DNA from: Candidatus Saccharimonadales bacterium
Lineage (GTDB): Bacteria > Patescibacteriota > Saccharimonadia > Saccharimonadales > EFPC-124
Reading direction: 5' to 3'
Length of the DNA stretch: 64,000 nucleotides
Assembly (NCBI GenBank): GCA_035280845.1
Contig: DATEFB010000004.1
Span: 18,341-82,340, forward strand
Below the pieces are notes generated by a model, which did not search any database, was not told the origin of the DNA, and saw only the letters and a list, made by a program, of their open reading frames with translations. A program made the position numbers and the translations under genes. Below are positions 35,838 through 45,602 of the stretch, one piece after another. Every line of letters begins with the position of its first letter. Position 1 is the stretch's first letter.

Positions 35838-35889
35838 AGTCTACCCCTTCTACGAGTATCGGTCAGACCAGTATACCACTGGCGCCCCG

Positions 35890-36717
35890 TTATGGCTTTG
35901 TCAGATGAAGGCGAATGTATTTCGTGGGCGATATGCCCATGACTTTTTTAAAGTCGTTTACGAAGTGCGACTGAGTGCTGTAGCCAAGCTCGGCGGCAAT
36001 GGTGGTCCAGTTAAGGCTGCTGGGGTTGTGCGCATGCCGAATGGCCTCAAGCAAGCGAAGACGCATAATCACCCACTTTACGCCAATGCCAGTGTAGGTC
36101 TGGAAGAGCACTTGCAGCGAACGCTCACTTACTGCAAATTGCCGGGCTACGGCACTGGTTGTTGTAAGCGCGGGCGTGGTTTCGATTGCATCGATTATGT
36201 GGTCGATGAGGTCGATTTTTGGGTCGGGTTTGGGGTTGCGAGCTTTTAGCAATGCCTCGAATGCTGCAATGATGGACGGATCGTCGAGCGCAAGCACCTT
36301 TTTTGTAAACGTCTCGTCAGCCGCTGGAAAGATATCGGAGACCGGGACAGTTCGCTCGGCAAGGTTGGCCATGGCGCCAGGCCAAAATCCATGGAATCCA
36401 CCCGACTTAAAACGGATGCCTGCATAGCAGCCCTTGCCCTTCAGGGTCATGGCGCGCCGGGCGGTCATGACGCCCATAATAAAAGATTCGTGAGGCGCAA
36501 AAACAACATGGACGTCTGGCTCGGATAGTACATCGGAGGCTTCGTATCCGGCCTCGCCAACATTAAACCTGGCAACAAAATAGTGGCTCACAAATGGCGC
36601 GAGTTCGACTGATGGTTCGTAGATCTCCATCTGTACATGTTTGGCAAAACCCTCTGGATCGATCACGCCAACATTCTTGCGGTAAAATGCTGCGGTTTTT
36701 TGCAAGTTTTTAACCAT
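35890..36717 (-). CDS. AraC-family transcriptional regulator
   Basis: 275 aa with a C-terminal double HTH (VARQFAVSERSLQVLFQTYTGIGVKWVIMRLRLLEA...IAAELGYSTQSHFVNDFKKVMGISPTKY). Confidence 0.8.
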   Translation of the reverse strand: MVKNLQKTAAFYRKNVGVIDPEGFAKHVQMEIYEPSVELAPFVSHYFVARFNVGEAGYEASDVLSEPDVHVVFAPHESFIMGVMTARRAMTLKGKGCYAGIRFKSGGFHGFWPGAMANLAERTVPVSDIFPAADETFTKKVLALDDPSIIAAFEALLKARNPKPDPKIDLIDHIIDAIETTPALTTTSAVARQFAVSERSLQVLFQTYTGIGVKWVIMRLRLLEAIRHAHNPSSLNWTTIAAELGYSTQSHFVNDFKKVMGISPTKYIRLHLTKP

Positions 36718-36766
36718 GTTACGCGTTATTATACCGCACAGTGCTCATGAGGCACTAAGGAGAATT

Positions 36767-37984
36767 ATGATAACAAATGTGACCTTACTCGAGGTGAGCG
36801 AGCAGATTCGCACCCAGAAAGTCACGCCCACCGAAGTGACTGAGGCGTGTTTGGCGCGCATCGAACAGCTCAACCCGACACTGAATGCGTTTATTACGGT
36901 CATGGCCGAGGAAGCGCGTGCCGCAGCTAAAACGGCAACGCAAGAGATCGCTGCTGGTAATTGGCGCGGACCGCTGCACGGCGTGCCGATTGCATTTAAG
37001 GACATGTACGACACCGCTGGCATAAAAACGACTGCGGCGTTCGAGCATTTTGCGCACCGCGTACCACCTCGCGATGCGGTTGCTGTACAGAAAATGAAAG
37101 AAGCTGGCGCGGTCATTGTGGGCAAGACCAACTTACACACACTGGCAATGGGCACAACGTCTACGGTGAGTGCTGCCGGTCCCGTGCATAACCCTTGGAA
37201 CACCGACTACATTGCCGGTGGGTCGTCGGGTGGTTCGGCCGCGGCAGTTGCTGCAGGTATGTGTTTTGCCACCATAGACACCGACGCTATAGGCTCTACC
37301 CGCTTGCCCGCCGCCTGCTGCGGCGTGGTTGGCTACAAATGCACATGGGGCAAGCTAGACAACACCGGCGTTTTGGCTGGCGAGCAAGCCGACCCTGTTG
37401 TGCTGCAGCTTGCCACAGTGGGCATTACTGCCCGCAGCGCCGCCGATGTTGCGGTTGTTGCCGATGCACTGGGTGGCGCAGATATGGCCGCACAGATTGC
37501 CGAACCGCAACCGAAACTCCGCGTTGGTGTGGTCACTAATTTTGGTGGAACAGAACAAGTGCGCACCAGTTTTGAGCACGCCCTTCAAATTCTTCGAACA
37601 CTTGGCTATATGTATGAAGATGCCGAAGCGCCATTCACCGAGCAGCCCGACATGGCTGGCATGGAAGCCATGCGCGCAACCGCCAACGACCGCATCTTTA
37701 AGGATGTCGATATTCTTGTGCTTCCTACGCTGGCTGCAGAAGTCCCCACTATCGCCGCGGCCGGCACTCAAAACCCGCAGGCGCTTTCGCCCCAAAACAC
37801 CTTTTTTGCCAACTACGAAGCACTGCCCGCCATAAGCGTGCCCGTTGGGCTTGACGCCCACGGTTTGCCGCAGGGCTTGCAGATTGTTGGCAGGCAAGGC
37901 GCTGACGCCACAATACTGACCGTGGCTCAGGCATTTTTAAACAAGGCTCCCCTGATTCACCCTAAAGAAATAACGAAAGGATAG
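36767..37984 (+). CDS. Amidase (amidase-signature family, GatA-like)
   Basis: ATG 36767 preceded by AAGGAG. GPLHGVPIAFKD and the AS motif GGSSGGSAAAVAAG. Confidence 0.85.
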   Translation: MITNVTLLEVSEQIRTQKVTPTEVTEACLARIEQLNPTLNAFITVMAEEARAAAKTATQEIAAGNWRGPLHGVPIAFKDMYDTAGIKTTAAFEHFAHRVPPRDAVAVQKMKEAGAVIVGKTNLHTLAMGTTSTVSAAGPVHNPWNTDYIAGGSSGGSAAAVAAGMCFATIDTDAIGSTRLPAACCGVVGYKCTWGKLDNTGVLAGEQADPVVLQLATVGITARSAADVAVVADALGGADMAAQIAEPQPKLRVGVVTNFGGTEQVRTSFEHALQILRTLGYMYEDAEAPFTEQPDMAGMEAMRATANDRIFKDVDILVLPTLAAEVPTIAAAGTQNPQALSPQNTFFANYEALPAISVPVGLDAHGLPQGLQIVGRQGADATILTVAQAFLNKAPLIHPKEITKG

Positions 37985-37987
37985 ATT

Positions 37988-38470
37988 ATGAACGACATGG
38001 TAACAACCCGCACAATTGAGGCTCCAGTAAGCGCCGTTTGGCACGCCTGGAACACGAGCGACGAAGTAAAACAGTGGTGGGGCCCGACCGGCTTCACCTG
38101 CCCGGTAGCAGAAATGGACGTACGCGTTGGTGGCAGTTCGCTGGTGTGCATGCGCGCTCCACAAGAATATGGTGGCGGCGACATTTATAACACCTGGACA
38201 TACACTGTTGTTGAGCCAGAAACAAAGCTTGAATACCTGGCGCACTTTACCGACGAAAAGCGCACGAAGCTCGACCCGGCAGCTATGGGCATGCCTGCGG
38301 GGATTCCTGCAGAAGTCCCGCACAGCGTGACATTTGTCGATAAAGATGGCAAGACAGAGGTTACTGTGGTCGAGAAGGGCTACGCAACTCCAGAAGCTGC
38401 CGAGATGTCGAAGCAAGGCATGGACCAGTGCCTCGACAAATTAGAAGCCGCACTGAAAGCTGCCGTATAA
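37988..38470 (+). CDS. SRPBCC (AHSA1-like) domain protein
   Basis: 160 aa: IEAPVSAVWHAWNTSDEVKQWWGPTGFT. Confidence 0.8.
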   Translation: MNDMVTTRTIEAPVSAVWHAWNTSDEVKQWWGPTGFTCPVAEMDVRVGGSSLVCMRAPQEYGGGDIYNTWTYTVVEPETKLEYLAHFTDEKRTKLDPAAMGMPAGIPAEVPHSVTFVDKDGKTEVTVVEKGYATPEAAEMSKQGMDQCLDKLEAALKAAV

Positions 38471-38477
38471 TACGACT

Positions 38478-39134
38478 ATGACAACCGCCACCGAGTTTGA
38501 GCACGCACTCGCCCAGCTTGTCGCCCGAAAGGGTGACGGGCTGGGAATGGGCGACCTCTTTGCACTTGCTAAGGAACACCAACAAATGGAACCGGGCGAG
38601 ATTGAGCACTTACTCGAGCAGCCCGAGCACACCCTGCGCGTATGCGCCGTGAGCATTATGGATTTTCAGGCCCGCAACAAAAAGACGACGCCTGAACGCC
38701 GCCGTGAATTGTTCGATCTGTACATTCGTCGCCACGACTGCATAAACACCTGGGATCTTGTTGACCGTTCTGCGCCTTATGTGGTTGGAGGTTACCTGGC
38801 CGACAAGCCCCGCGACATTTTATACAAGTTGGCGCGCTCCCCGCGCATGGCCGAGCGACGCACTGCAATTGTAGCCACCTATTTCTTTTTGCGCCAGAAT
38901 GACCTCGACGACACCTATAAGATTTCCGAGATCCTTATTAATGACCACGAGGACCTGATTAATAAAGCAGTTGGCGGCTGGTTGCGCGAGGCTGGTAAAA
39001 AAGACCTCGCCCGGCTTATGGAGTTCCTAGACAAGCATGCCGCAACAATGCCTCGTGTTACCTTGCGGTACGCCCTAGAGCACTTCCCTGCCGACCAAAA
39101 GGCGCATTATATGGGACTCAAGAGCGCCGCCTGA
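38478..39134 (+). CDS. DNA alkylation repair (AlkD-like HEAT-repeat) protein
   Basis: 218 aa: INTWDLVDRSAPYVVGGYL, ERRTAIVATYFF, LINKAVGGWLREAGKKD. Confidence 0.75.
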   Translation: MTTATEFEHALAQLVARKGDGLGMGDLFALAKEHQQMEPGEIEHLLEQPEHTLRVCAVSIMDFQARNKKTTPERRRELFDLYIRRHDCINTWDLVDRSAPYVVGGYLADKPRDILYKLARSPRMAERRTAIVATYFFLRQNDLDDTYKISEILINDHEDLINKAVGGWLREAGKKDLARLMEFLDKHAATMPRVTLRYALEHFPADQKAHYMGLKSAA

Positions 39135-39219
39135 CGTTTGCAGTTGGTGAGAGACCGCTTTGTTTGACGGTAGTCATGCACTATACTGATTTTAAACATT
39201 AGCGGTATTTCAAAATTCT

Positions 39220-40146
39220 ATGGCGCGACTGCCTACTTCTGGTTCTGACGACGGTGTATGGGGTGAGATCCTCAATGATTTTTTGTTGCAGGCACATCAG
39301 CCAGATGGGCAGATTAAGCCTGGTGCAATCGGAGCGGGTGCGATCGCCAATGGTGCGGTCCAGGAAAGCCAGTTATCGACGGCTGTCCAGTCAAAGCTGA
39401 ACGCGACTGCACCAGTTACGAGTGTCGCCGGCAAGACCGGTGTGGTGACGCTTGATAAAAACGACGTTGGTCTGGCGAATGCCGATAACACCTCTGACGC
39501 GAATAAGCCAATAAGTACCGCCACGCAAACCGCACTTAACGGTAAGGTTGGAACAGCCCGGGCGGTCAACACCAGTAACTCAATTACGGGCGGTGGTGAC
39601 CTGACGGCCGACCGCACAATCAGCCTTGTTAACGATGCAGCCGCTCCAGGGAATAACCAGTATTACGGCACAAATGCCAGCGGTACAAAAGGTTACTTTG
39701 CACTGTCGGCGAGCGGCGAAAGCAATACGGCAAGCAACGTGGGCGTTGCCGGCGTGGGAGTATTTAAGCAGAAAACTGGTGTTAACCTTGAGTTTAGGAA
39801 CATTAATGCCGGCAGCAACAAAGTAACCGTCACAAATGACACCGGCAACAACGAGATTGACGTCGACGTTAATCCTGCCAACTTTACCGATATTCCCCAG
39901 AGCGCAGTTACTAACCTGGCAAGCGACCTGACGGCAAAAGCCGACAACAGCGCTGTTGTTCATATCAGCGGTGACGAGACAATATCTGATACTAAGACAT
40001 TTAGTAACGCCCCAAAGCTCACAACAAGTTCAACGACTGGGCAAGTCTGGACGGCAAGCAGTAACGATGGAAGTGGAAACTGGGCCGACGCCCCAAGCGG
40101 CGGCATCAGCGAAGAATTGGCGATGGCATATTCCATTGCCCTATAG
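39220..40146 (+). CDS. Phage tail-fibre-like repeat protein
   Basis: 308 aa with the N-terminal module [20 protein letters not shown] shared with 45069-45602, and fibre-type repeats ([34 protein letters not shown]; [13 protein letters not shown]; [18 protein letters not shown]). Confidence 0.6.
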   Translation: MARLPTSGSDDGVWGEILNDFLLQAHQPDGQIKPGAIGAGAIANGAVQESQLSTAVQSKLNATAPVTSVAGKTGVVTLDKNDVGLANADNTSDANKPISTATQTALNGKVGTARAVNTSNSITGGGDLTADRTISLVNDAAAPGNNQYYGTNASGTKGYFALSASGESNTASNVGVAGVGVFKQKTGVNLEFRNINAGSNKVTVTNDTGNNEIDVDVNPANFTDIPQSAVTNLASDLTAKADNSAVVHISGDETISDTKTFSNAPKLTTSSTTGQVWTASSNDGSGNWADAPSGGISEELAMAYSIAL

Positions 40147-40149
40147 AAC

Positions 40150-41478
40150 ATGAAGAAATTAGTCACTAGCTATACTTTCAATGCGGGGGCCAAGACAGTT
40201 GATGCTGCCGACTTTACGGCGCTCGAAAAAATCCTGCTCATTACGAATGTAACGACTAATACAATCATTTACAATTTTGCCGATTCGGCTAAGGGCGGCA
40301 GCCTTGCTGGTACCGTTCTGACCCTCACCTACAACACCGCCCCAATGAGCAACGGCGACAAGCTGCAAATATTCATAGACGATGGCGCTACCGCGCAGGC
40401 AGTCAGCGGAACAGTTACGGCGAACCTCGGCTCGAGCGTCCAGGGCGTGCAGCTGAACGCATCGCAAACTACTACCACAGGCACAATCACTACGGCCACC
40501 AGCGTTGTGACTATGGCCGACTTGGCGGGCGTAGGCGCGGTGACGGTTACTATTTATGGTACCTACGCTGGCGTGAACGTAACTTTTGAAGGGTTCGATG
40601 GTGTTAACTGGGTTTCCGTGGCTGCCCAGCAGGCTGCATCGCTTACGCCAAGCGTTGTTATGACAACGGGCGTGCTGACCACAAACTCAGTGAACCGCTG
40701 GAATGTCTCGCCACTTTTGGGCGTTGGACAGTTCCGCGTGCGGGCAACGGCATGGACGTCGGGTACTGCGAACGTTATCATTGAGCCGTCTGCCCAGTTC
40801 ACTCAGTACCAGGTAAACGTCGCGACGATGCCAACTACTACCGTATCGGGCACGGTAACGGCCAACCTGGGTACTGGCGGAACTGGCGCCACATCACTTG
40901 GTAAGGCCGAGGACGCCGTGGCGGCTTCGGGCGATGTCGGTGTTGCTACGTGGGGGGTTCGCCGGGATGGCGCAATCACAACCTCTCCAACAACCGCCGC
41001 TGGTGATTACACCGAAATGGCGGTCGACACCTACGGACAAACCCGTATTGCCGTACAGTCCCGTACGACCAACCCGACTGCGGGTGCCGATGGCAATGGC
41101 GTTATACTCATGGCCGACAAGTTAGGTAAGCTGGTAACTGTTGGTTCGGTGCGCGATTTAAAGGTAAACCAGACGACCACCATTACAGCCTCGACCAGCG
41201 AAACGACGGTTTTGACCGCGGTTGCCAGTACATTTTTAGATGTGTATGGCGTGCTTGTGGCCAATACCTCAGCGAGTGCCGTGAGCGTTGCCTTTAAAGA
41301 TGCCACAGCGGGAACAACTCGGTTCACTATGCAGATTCCAGCCGGCGACCAGCGCGAGATTATGTTGCCGGAGTCGGCGGCAATAACACAGGCGGCCATT
41401 AACAATAACTGGACGGCTACAGTATCGACATCGGTAACATCGGTTGTTATTACGATGCTCGCTGTCCGCAACACGTAA
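40150..41478 (+). CDS. Phage structural/fibre-like protein
   Basis: 442 aa, 3 nt after the previous gene. The N-terminus YTFNAGAKTVDAADFTALEKILLITNVTTNTIIYNFAD...LTLTYNT...DKLQIFIDDG recalls a widespread phage fibre N-domain. Ser/Thr/Gly/Ala-rich, with an internal repeat SGTVTANLG x2. Confidence 0.5.
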   Translation: MKKLVTSYTFNAGAKTVDAADFTALEKILLITNVTTNTIIYNFADSAKGGSLAGTVLTLTYNTAPMSNGDKLQIFIDDGATAQAVSGTVTANLGSSVQGVQLNASQTTTTGTITTATSVVTMADLAGVGAVTVTIYGTYAGVNVTFEGFDGVNWVSVAAQQAASLTPSVVMTTGVLTTNSVNRWNVSPLLGVGQFRVRATAWTSGTANVIIEPSAQFTQYQVNVATMPTTTVSGTVTANLGTGGTGATSLGKAEDAVAASGDVGVATWGVRRDGAITTSPTTAAGDYTEMAVDTYGQTRIAVQSRTTNPTAGADGNGVILMADKLGKLVTVGSVRDLKVNQTTTITASTSETTVLTAVASTFLDVYGVLVANTSASAVSVAFKDATAGTTRFTMQIPAGDQREIMLPESAAITQAAINNNWTATVSTSVTSVVITMLAVRNT

Positions 41479-41501
41479 CAGTGAGTAATGGAGAAAACAG
41501 T

Positions 41502-42395
41502 ATGCAAAAAATTGTCCCACATTTATGGTTCGACACCCAGGCAAAAGAGGCCGCGCAGTTCTACGCGTCTACGTTTGGGGGTGACTCGAAGGTTACCTAT
41601 AGCGGTGAGCTGCACGACACGCCTTCTGGCGACACCGATATGGTTTCGTTTACCGTGCTCGGATATGATTTTATGGCGATTAGCGCCGGCCCTGTGTTTC
41701 AGTTCAATCCGTCGATCTCTTTTGTGGTCGTAAGCCGCGACGCAGACGAAATTGATGGCTGGTGGAAGACGCTCAGCGAAGGCGGCACCGCCCTCATGCC
41801 TTTAGGTGAATACCCATTCAGCGAAAAATATGGCTGGATCCAAGACAAATATGGCGTTTCGTGGCAGCTGATGTCTGTGGCGCAAGCACCAAACCCTCCA
41901 ACCCAGCGCGTCCTGCCGACCCTTATGTTTGTGGGTGACGTCTGCGGCAAAGCCGAAGAAGCGGTCGCATTTTATACAACCGTCTTCCCTGACTCAGAAG
42001 TTGGCGAAGCAATGCGCTATGGCGCAGGTGAAGAGCCAGACATTGCAGGCACAATCAAGCATGTTGATTTTAATCTGTTCAATGAGCAGTTCGCGGCAAT
42101 GGATAGCGCACAGATGCACGGCTTTACCTTTGGTGAAGCAGTGTCGCTGCTCGTAAACTGTGAAGACCAGGCCGAAATTGACAGGTATTGGGGCAAACTG
42201 TCGGCTGTGCCCGAAGCCGAACAATGCGGCTGGCTGAAAGACAAATACGGTGTCTCGTGGCAGATTGTCCCAATAGAGATGAACGAGATGATGGCTAAGG
42301 CTTCACCAGAGCAGATGGCGCGGGTCACTAAGGCCTTCCTGCAAATGAAGAAGTTTGATGTTGCCGAGCTTCGCCGCGCCTTTGAAGGTAAATAG
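41502..42395 (+). CDS. Tandem-duplicated PhnB / 3-demethylubiquinone-9 3-methyltransferase-domain VOC protein
   Basis: Two repeats of the motif set seen in 296-784 (MQKIVPHLWFD...KYGWIQDKYGVSWQL; VLPTLMFVGD...CGWLKDKYGVSWQIVP). ATG 41502; the track start is GTG 41481. Confidence 0.8.
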   Translation: MQKIVPHLWFDTQAKEAAQFYASTFGGDSKVTYSGELHDTPSGDTDMVSFTVLGYDFMAISAGPVFQFNPSISFVVVSRDADEIDGWWKTLSEGGTALMPLGEYPFSEKYGWIQDKYGVSWQLMSVAQAPNPPTQRVLPTLMFVGDVCGKAEEAVAFYTTVFPDSEVGEAMRYGAGEEPDIAGTIKHVDFNLFNEQFAAMDSAQMHGFTFGEAVSLLVNCEDQAEIDRYWGKLSAVPEAEQCGWLKDKYGVSWQIVPIEMNEMMAKASPEQMARVTKAFLQMKKFDVAELRRAFEGK

Positions 42396-42398
42396 CGG

Positions 42399-42752
42399 TT
42401 AGACTTTTTCGAAGAACACAAGCTTGTGGCCGTCGGGGTCTACGACAAGTAGCTCCTTGCGGCCCATGGCCGATTGGGTCGGATCGGTTGCTGGCGTAAT
42501 GCCCTTGGCGACCAGTGTGCTCTGCAATTCGTCGACAGAATCGACGCTGATGTATATGAATGCGCCCGATTCCTTGTTTGTCTTTACGTCCGAGCCTTGG
42601 CCGTGGAATTCCAGCCAGAACCAGTTCACGTAAACGGTGACAGTGTTACCCTCTTGCTTGCCTGCCCGAAAGCCCAGCTTGTCGTAGAACGCTGCGGTTT
42701 TTTGAAGGTCCTGTACGTAATATACTGCGCCCGAAATACTTTTTAGTTTCAT
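42399..42752 (-). CDS. VOC/glyoxalase-fold protein
   Basis: 117 aa: VYYVQDLQKTAAFYDKLGF...VVDPDGHKLVFFE. Confidence 0.8.
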   Translation of the reverse strand: MKLKSISGAVYYVQDLQKTAAFYDKLGFRAGKQEGNTVTVYVNWFWLEFHGQGSDVKTNKESGAFIYISVDSVDELQSTLVAKGITPATDPTQSAMGRKELLVVDPDGHKLVFFEKV

Positions 42753-42829
42753 GATCCACTCCTTATGCAGATTGCATTCTTTTTAATTTATCTTTATAAT
42801 CAAGATACTTTAATACGGTTATTGAGTCA

Positions 42830-43300
42830 ATGAAAAAGTTGGAGAATGAAGATTTGAAGCAGCATGTCATCCGTGGCGGCCGAGAATACGGCATCAGCAC
42901 GGTACTATTCAGGCATACCGTTGGCTCAGCAATTGGTGTGAATGTCACCGACATGGAATGCCTGGGACTGCTCTTTTTTAAGGGCATCTCTACGCCGTCG
43001 GAGCTTTCGGAGCATACGGGACTCAGCTCGGGCGCAACCACCGCTATGCTGGACCGCCTGCAGCGCGCCGGGCTCATACAGCGTAACCCTAACCCGCAAG
43101 ACCGCCGGGGCTCGCTTATTTCTATCGCGCCAGGATCTAAAAAGACCATTGGCCCCATGTTTGCTTCGGTGCGCGCCGCGCAGGACGAGCTGGTTTCTAG
43201 CTTCTCGCCAGAGGAGCTACGGGTCATTGACCGCTATTTTACTGAATCTGTGGCCATGTGGGAGTCGGAGCGTCGCAAGCTGCAAAACACTATATCCTGA
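42830..43300 (+). CDS. MarR-family transcriptional regulator
   Basis: 156 aa: STPSELSEHTGLSSGATTAMLDRLQRAGLIQRNPNPQDRR. Confidence 0.8.
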   Translation: MKKLENEDLKQHVIRGGREYGISTVLFRHTVGSAIGVNVTDMECLGLLFFKGISTPSELSEHTGLSSGATTAMLDRLQRAGLIQRNPNPQDRRGSLISIAPGSKKTIGPMFASVRAAQDELVSSFSPEELRVIDRYFTESVAMWESERRKLQNTIS

Positions 43301-43336
43301 AGTTTGGTATGATGAGGTCATTCAATCGGAGGACCT

Positions 43337-44158
43337 ATGGATTACAGTACCTTTCTGGAGCGTGAGCTAACGAAAGCGGCCGTGACCGCACGCACATTTT
43401 TTGGCAAAGTAAGCGGCGCGGTAAAGGCTGGCGACAACAACCAGGTGCTGACCGAGGCGGATGTCGCCATTGGTAAGCAGCTCGTCGCTGCCGTACAGGC
43501 TGCCTATCCCGACCATAATGTGGTCGACGAAGAGGCTGGCGCTATAGACAAAAAATCGCGGTTCACGTGGGTGATTGACCCTATCGAGGCGACAAGTAAC
43601 TTTGCGGCCGGGTTGCCACAGTACGGCATAATGGTGGGCCTTTTGGAGGACGCCACCCCAATTGCGGGCGGTATTATCGCTCCGGCTTACAATACGTTAT
43701 ACCTGGCCGAGAAAGGCAAAGGTGCAACGTGTAATGGCGAACCTATGCACGTGACCGACCAGTCTGATTTACTGAGCGTGCTTGTGTCGTATGGTATTGA
43801 TGGCCACCAGGAAGATCCCGAGCGCACCATACAGGAGTGCCGCGTTATGGCCGATATCATCCTGGGTTGTCGCAACATGCGCAACACCGGCTGTGAGGCG
43901 TTGGATCCAATGTACGTTGCCGAAGGGCGGTATGGTGCCCGGGTGAACACGACGTCAAAAATTTGGGACAACGTGGCGCCACAGATTATTGCCCAAGAGG
44001 CGGGCGCGCTGTGGACGACAGCCAATGGCGAGCCGCAGGATTACTCTCGCCCACTCACGCGCATGGACGAGAACTTCACCTTTTGCGTCGCCAGCCCTGT
44101 GCTGCATGCCCAGTTGCAGACAATTATTAAAGGACGCCTCGGGAGCTACAATGCCTGA
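43337..44158 (+). CDS. Inositol-monophosphatase-family phosphatase
   Basis: 273 aa: VVDEEAG, WVIDPIEATSNFAAGLP, WDNVAPQIIAQEAG (IMPase-fold motifs, with E-A replacing the usual D-G). Confidence 0.7.
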   Translation: MDYSTFLERELTKAAVTARTFFGKVSGAVKAGDNNQVLTEADVAIGKQLVAAVQAAYPDHNVVDEEAGAIDKKSRFTWVIDPIEATSNFAAGLPQYGIMVGLLEDATPIAGGIIAPAYNTLYLAEKGKGATCNGEPMHVTDQSDLLSVLVSYGIDGHQEDPERTIQECRVMADIILGCRNMRNTGCEALDPMYVAEGRYGARVNTTSKIWDNVAPQIIAQEAGALWTTANGEPQDYSRPLTRMDENFTFCVASPVLHAQLQTIIKGRLGSYNA

Positions 44159-44603
44159 TCCGCACGGTATTGTGTTGCACGGCCCGAATGCCACCCGCCG
44201 GACAGATTATTTATACCGAGTGTCGCTAAAGTGCTTGATTCGCAACGAGCAGGGCGAAGTGCTGGTAGTAAAAGAGACCGGCCGCCATTGGTGGGATCTG
44301 CCGGGCGGCGGTATGGACCACGGTGAAAGTATCGCTACGGCCATTGCCCGCGAAATGAAGGAAGAAGTAAACATGGAAGGCGATTTTACCTTCCGTATTC
44401 TTGATGTTGATGAGCCTGCCCTACTTAGCCCCCAGAATTTTTGGCAGCTTCGGCTGGTCTTTGCCGTTACCCCTGAACGCATGGTATTTAGCGCGGGCGA
44501 TGACGGCGACAAGATTGCCTTTATGTCCCCTTCAGCATTTAAAGGGTCAGAAATCGCAACCGAGAAACGAATCTTCGACTACGCGGCTTTGGCCGGGCTT
44601 TGA
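44151..44603 (+). CDS. NUDIX hydrolase
   Basis: ATG 44151 overlaps the upstream stop (ATGCCTGA). Nudix box GGGMDHGESIATAIAREMKEEVNM. Confidence 0.75.
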   Translation: MPDPHGIVLHGPNATRRTDYLYRVSLKCLIRNEQGEVLVVKETGRHWWDLPGGGMDHGESIATAIAREMKEEVNMEGDFTFRILDVDEPALLSPQNFWQLRLVFAVTPERMVFSAGDDGDKIAFMSPSAFKGSEIATEKRIFDYAALAGL

Positions 44604-44986
44604 GGTCGCAGGATGCTGTTGGCGATCTCGTCGACTTGACCGTACTGGAGATTGGCTTTTACTGAATAGCCCGCAATGCCCAGGTCGCGTAAACCAACTG
44701 GTGCTTGTGCTTCGCTGAGGTTCGAAATAACGTAGACAGGAATATCTTTGCCCCATGAGCTGCGGCGCATGGTCCGCAAGACGTCTCCACCCGAGATGTC
44801 GGGGATCATAAGGTCGAGCAATACCAAATCGGGTGTATCCTTCTGAATAAAATAGAGCGCGATAATGCCGTTGTAGGCCACGAAACAGGTATAGCCCTGG
44901 AGCTCGAGCCGGGTTTTGTAAATCTCGGCAAGGGCGGGGTCGTCTTCTACGAGTACGATTTTTTTTCGTGGCTGGTCGGTGTCCAT
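44579..44986 (-). CDS. Stand-alone response-regulator receiver domain (CheY-like)
   Basis: 135 aa: KKIVLVEDDPALAEIY, phospho-acceptor context DLVLLDLMIPDISG, and K in YSVKA. No output domain and no kinase gene in the window. Confidence 0.8.
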   Translation of the reverse strand: MDTDQPRKKIVLVEDDPALAEIYKTRLELQGYTCFVAYNGIIALYFIQKDTPDLVLLDLMIPDISGGDVLRTMRRSSWGKDIPVYVISNLSEAQAPVGLRDLGIAGYSVKANLQYGQVDEIANSILRPQSPAKAA

Positions 44987-45068
44987 ATGTTGATTCTAAT
45001 ACGTCTGGCGTGGTAATGCTAATTGTCCTCAAAACGCTTTCGCTAAGCGCCCATAAAGAGTAAACTGT

Positions 45069-45602
45069 ATGCATATGCCACGCCTGCCGCAGCCCGGAGC
45101 CGACAATGGCACATGGGGCGATGTACTCAATGATTTCCTAAGCGTCTCTTTAAGCGGAGATGGCTCAGTTAAGCCAACCGCTATTAGCTCGAAACTCGAC
45201 GCCTCGCAGAAAGGCCAACCCAACGGTGTTGCTGCACTTGGCAGTGATGGCCGGGTCCCTGACGCGCAGGCTCCAAGCACCCAAGCTGGCGTAAGCTTGT
45301 GGACTCAAAAGGGTGATGTTGTTGTAGCCGCCGATACAAACATGCCGACTGCGCTGACCGTTGGAAGTGATGGCCAGGTCCTGACCGCAGATGCTGCCCA
45401 AGCAACAGGCGTCAAATGGGCCGCACCTTCGGTAAACAATGGCAACGAGCTTGCCTGGGACGGCAGTGATTACGTTCCTTCCAGCCTCAAGGCCGACACC
45501 TCTAAGCCGCGAACATTTAAGGGGCCGGTAAACCCATCGACCGTGCCCGGTGTGGTTATGAATAGCAGCGATTGGTTCGACAGCTGGGTGGGCGGTTCGT
45601 GA
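45069..45602 (+). CDS. Fibre-like protein sharing the N-terminal module of 39220-40146
   Basis: 177 aa: PRLPQPGADNGTWGDVLNDFL...GDGSVKPTAI, LDASQKGQPNGVAALGSDGRVP, GSDGQVLTADAAQATGVKWAAP. Confidence 0.55.
   Translation: MHMPRLPQPGADNGTWGDVLNDFLSVSLSGDGSVKPTAISSKLDASQKGQPNGVAALGSDGRVPDAQAPSTQAGVSLWTQKGDVVVAADTNMPTALTVGSDGQVLTADAAQATGVKWAAPSVNNGNELAWDGSDYVPSSLKADTSKPRTFKGPVNPSTVPGVVMNSSDWFDSWVGGS

Larger units (their letters stand above)
35283..35885. other. GC3-rich compositional island D (single gene plus hairpin)
   Basis: GC3-rich ORF with antisense shadow ORFs, sitting in the spacer between the hydrolase and AraC genes. Confidence 0.55.

Noticed and set aside
35478-36249. Plus-strand ORFs 35478-35942, 35660-35908 and 35785-36249.
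   Set aside because: They overlap the GC3-rich minus ORF and the AraC gene. The codon third-position pattern supports the minus-strand frames.
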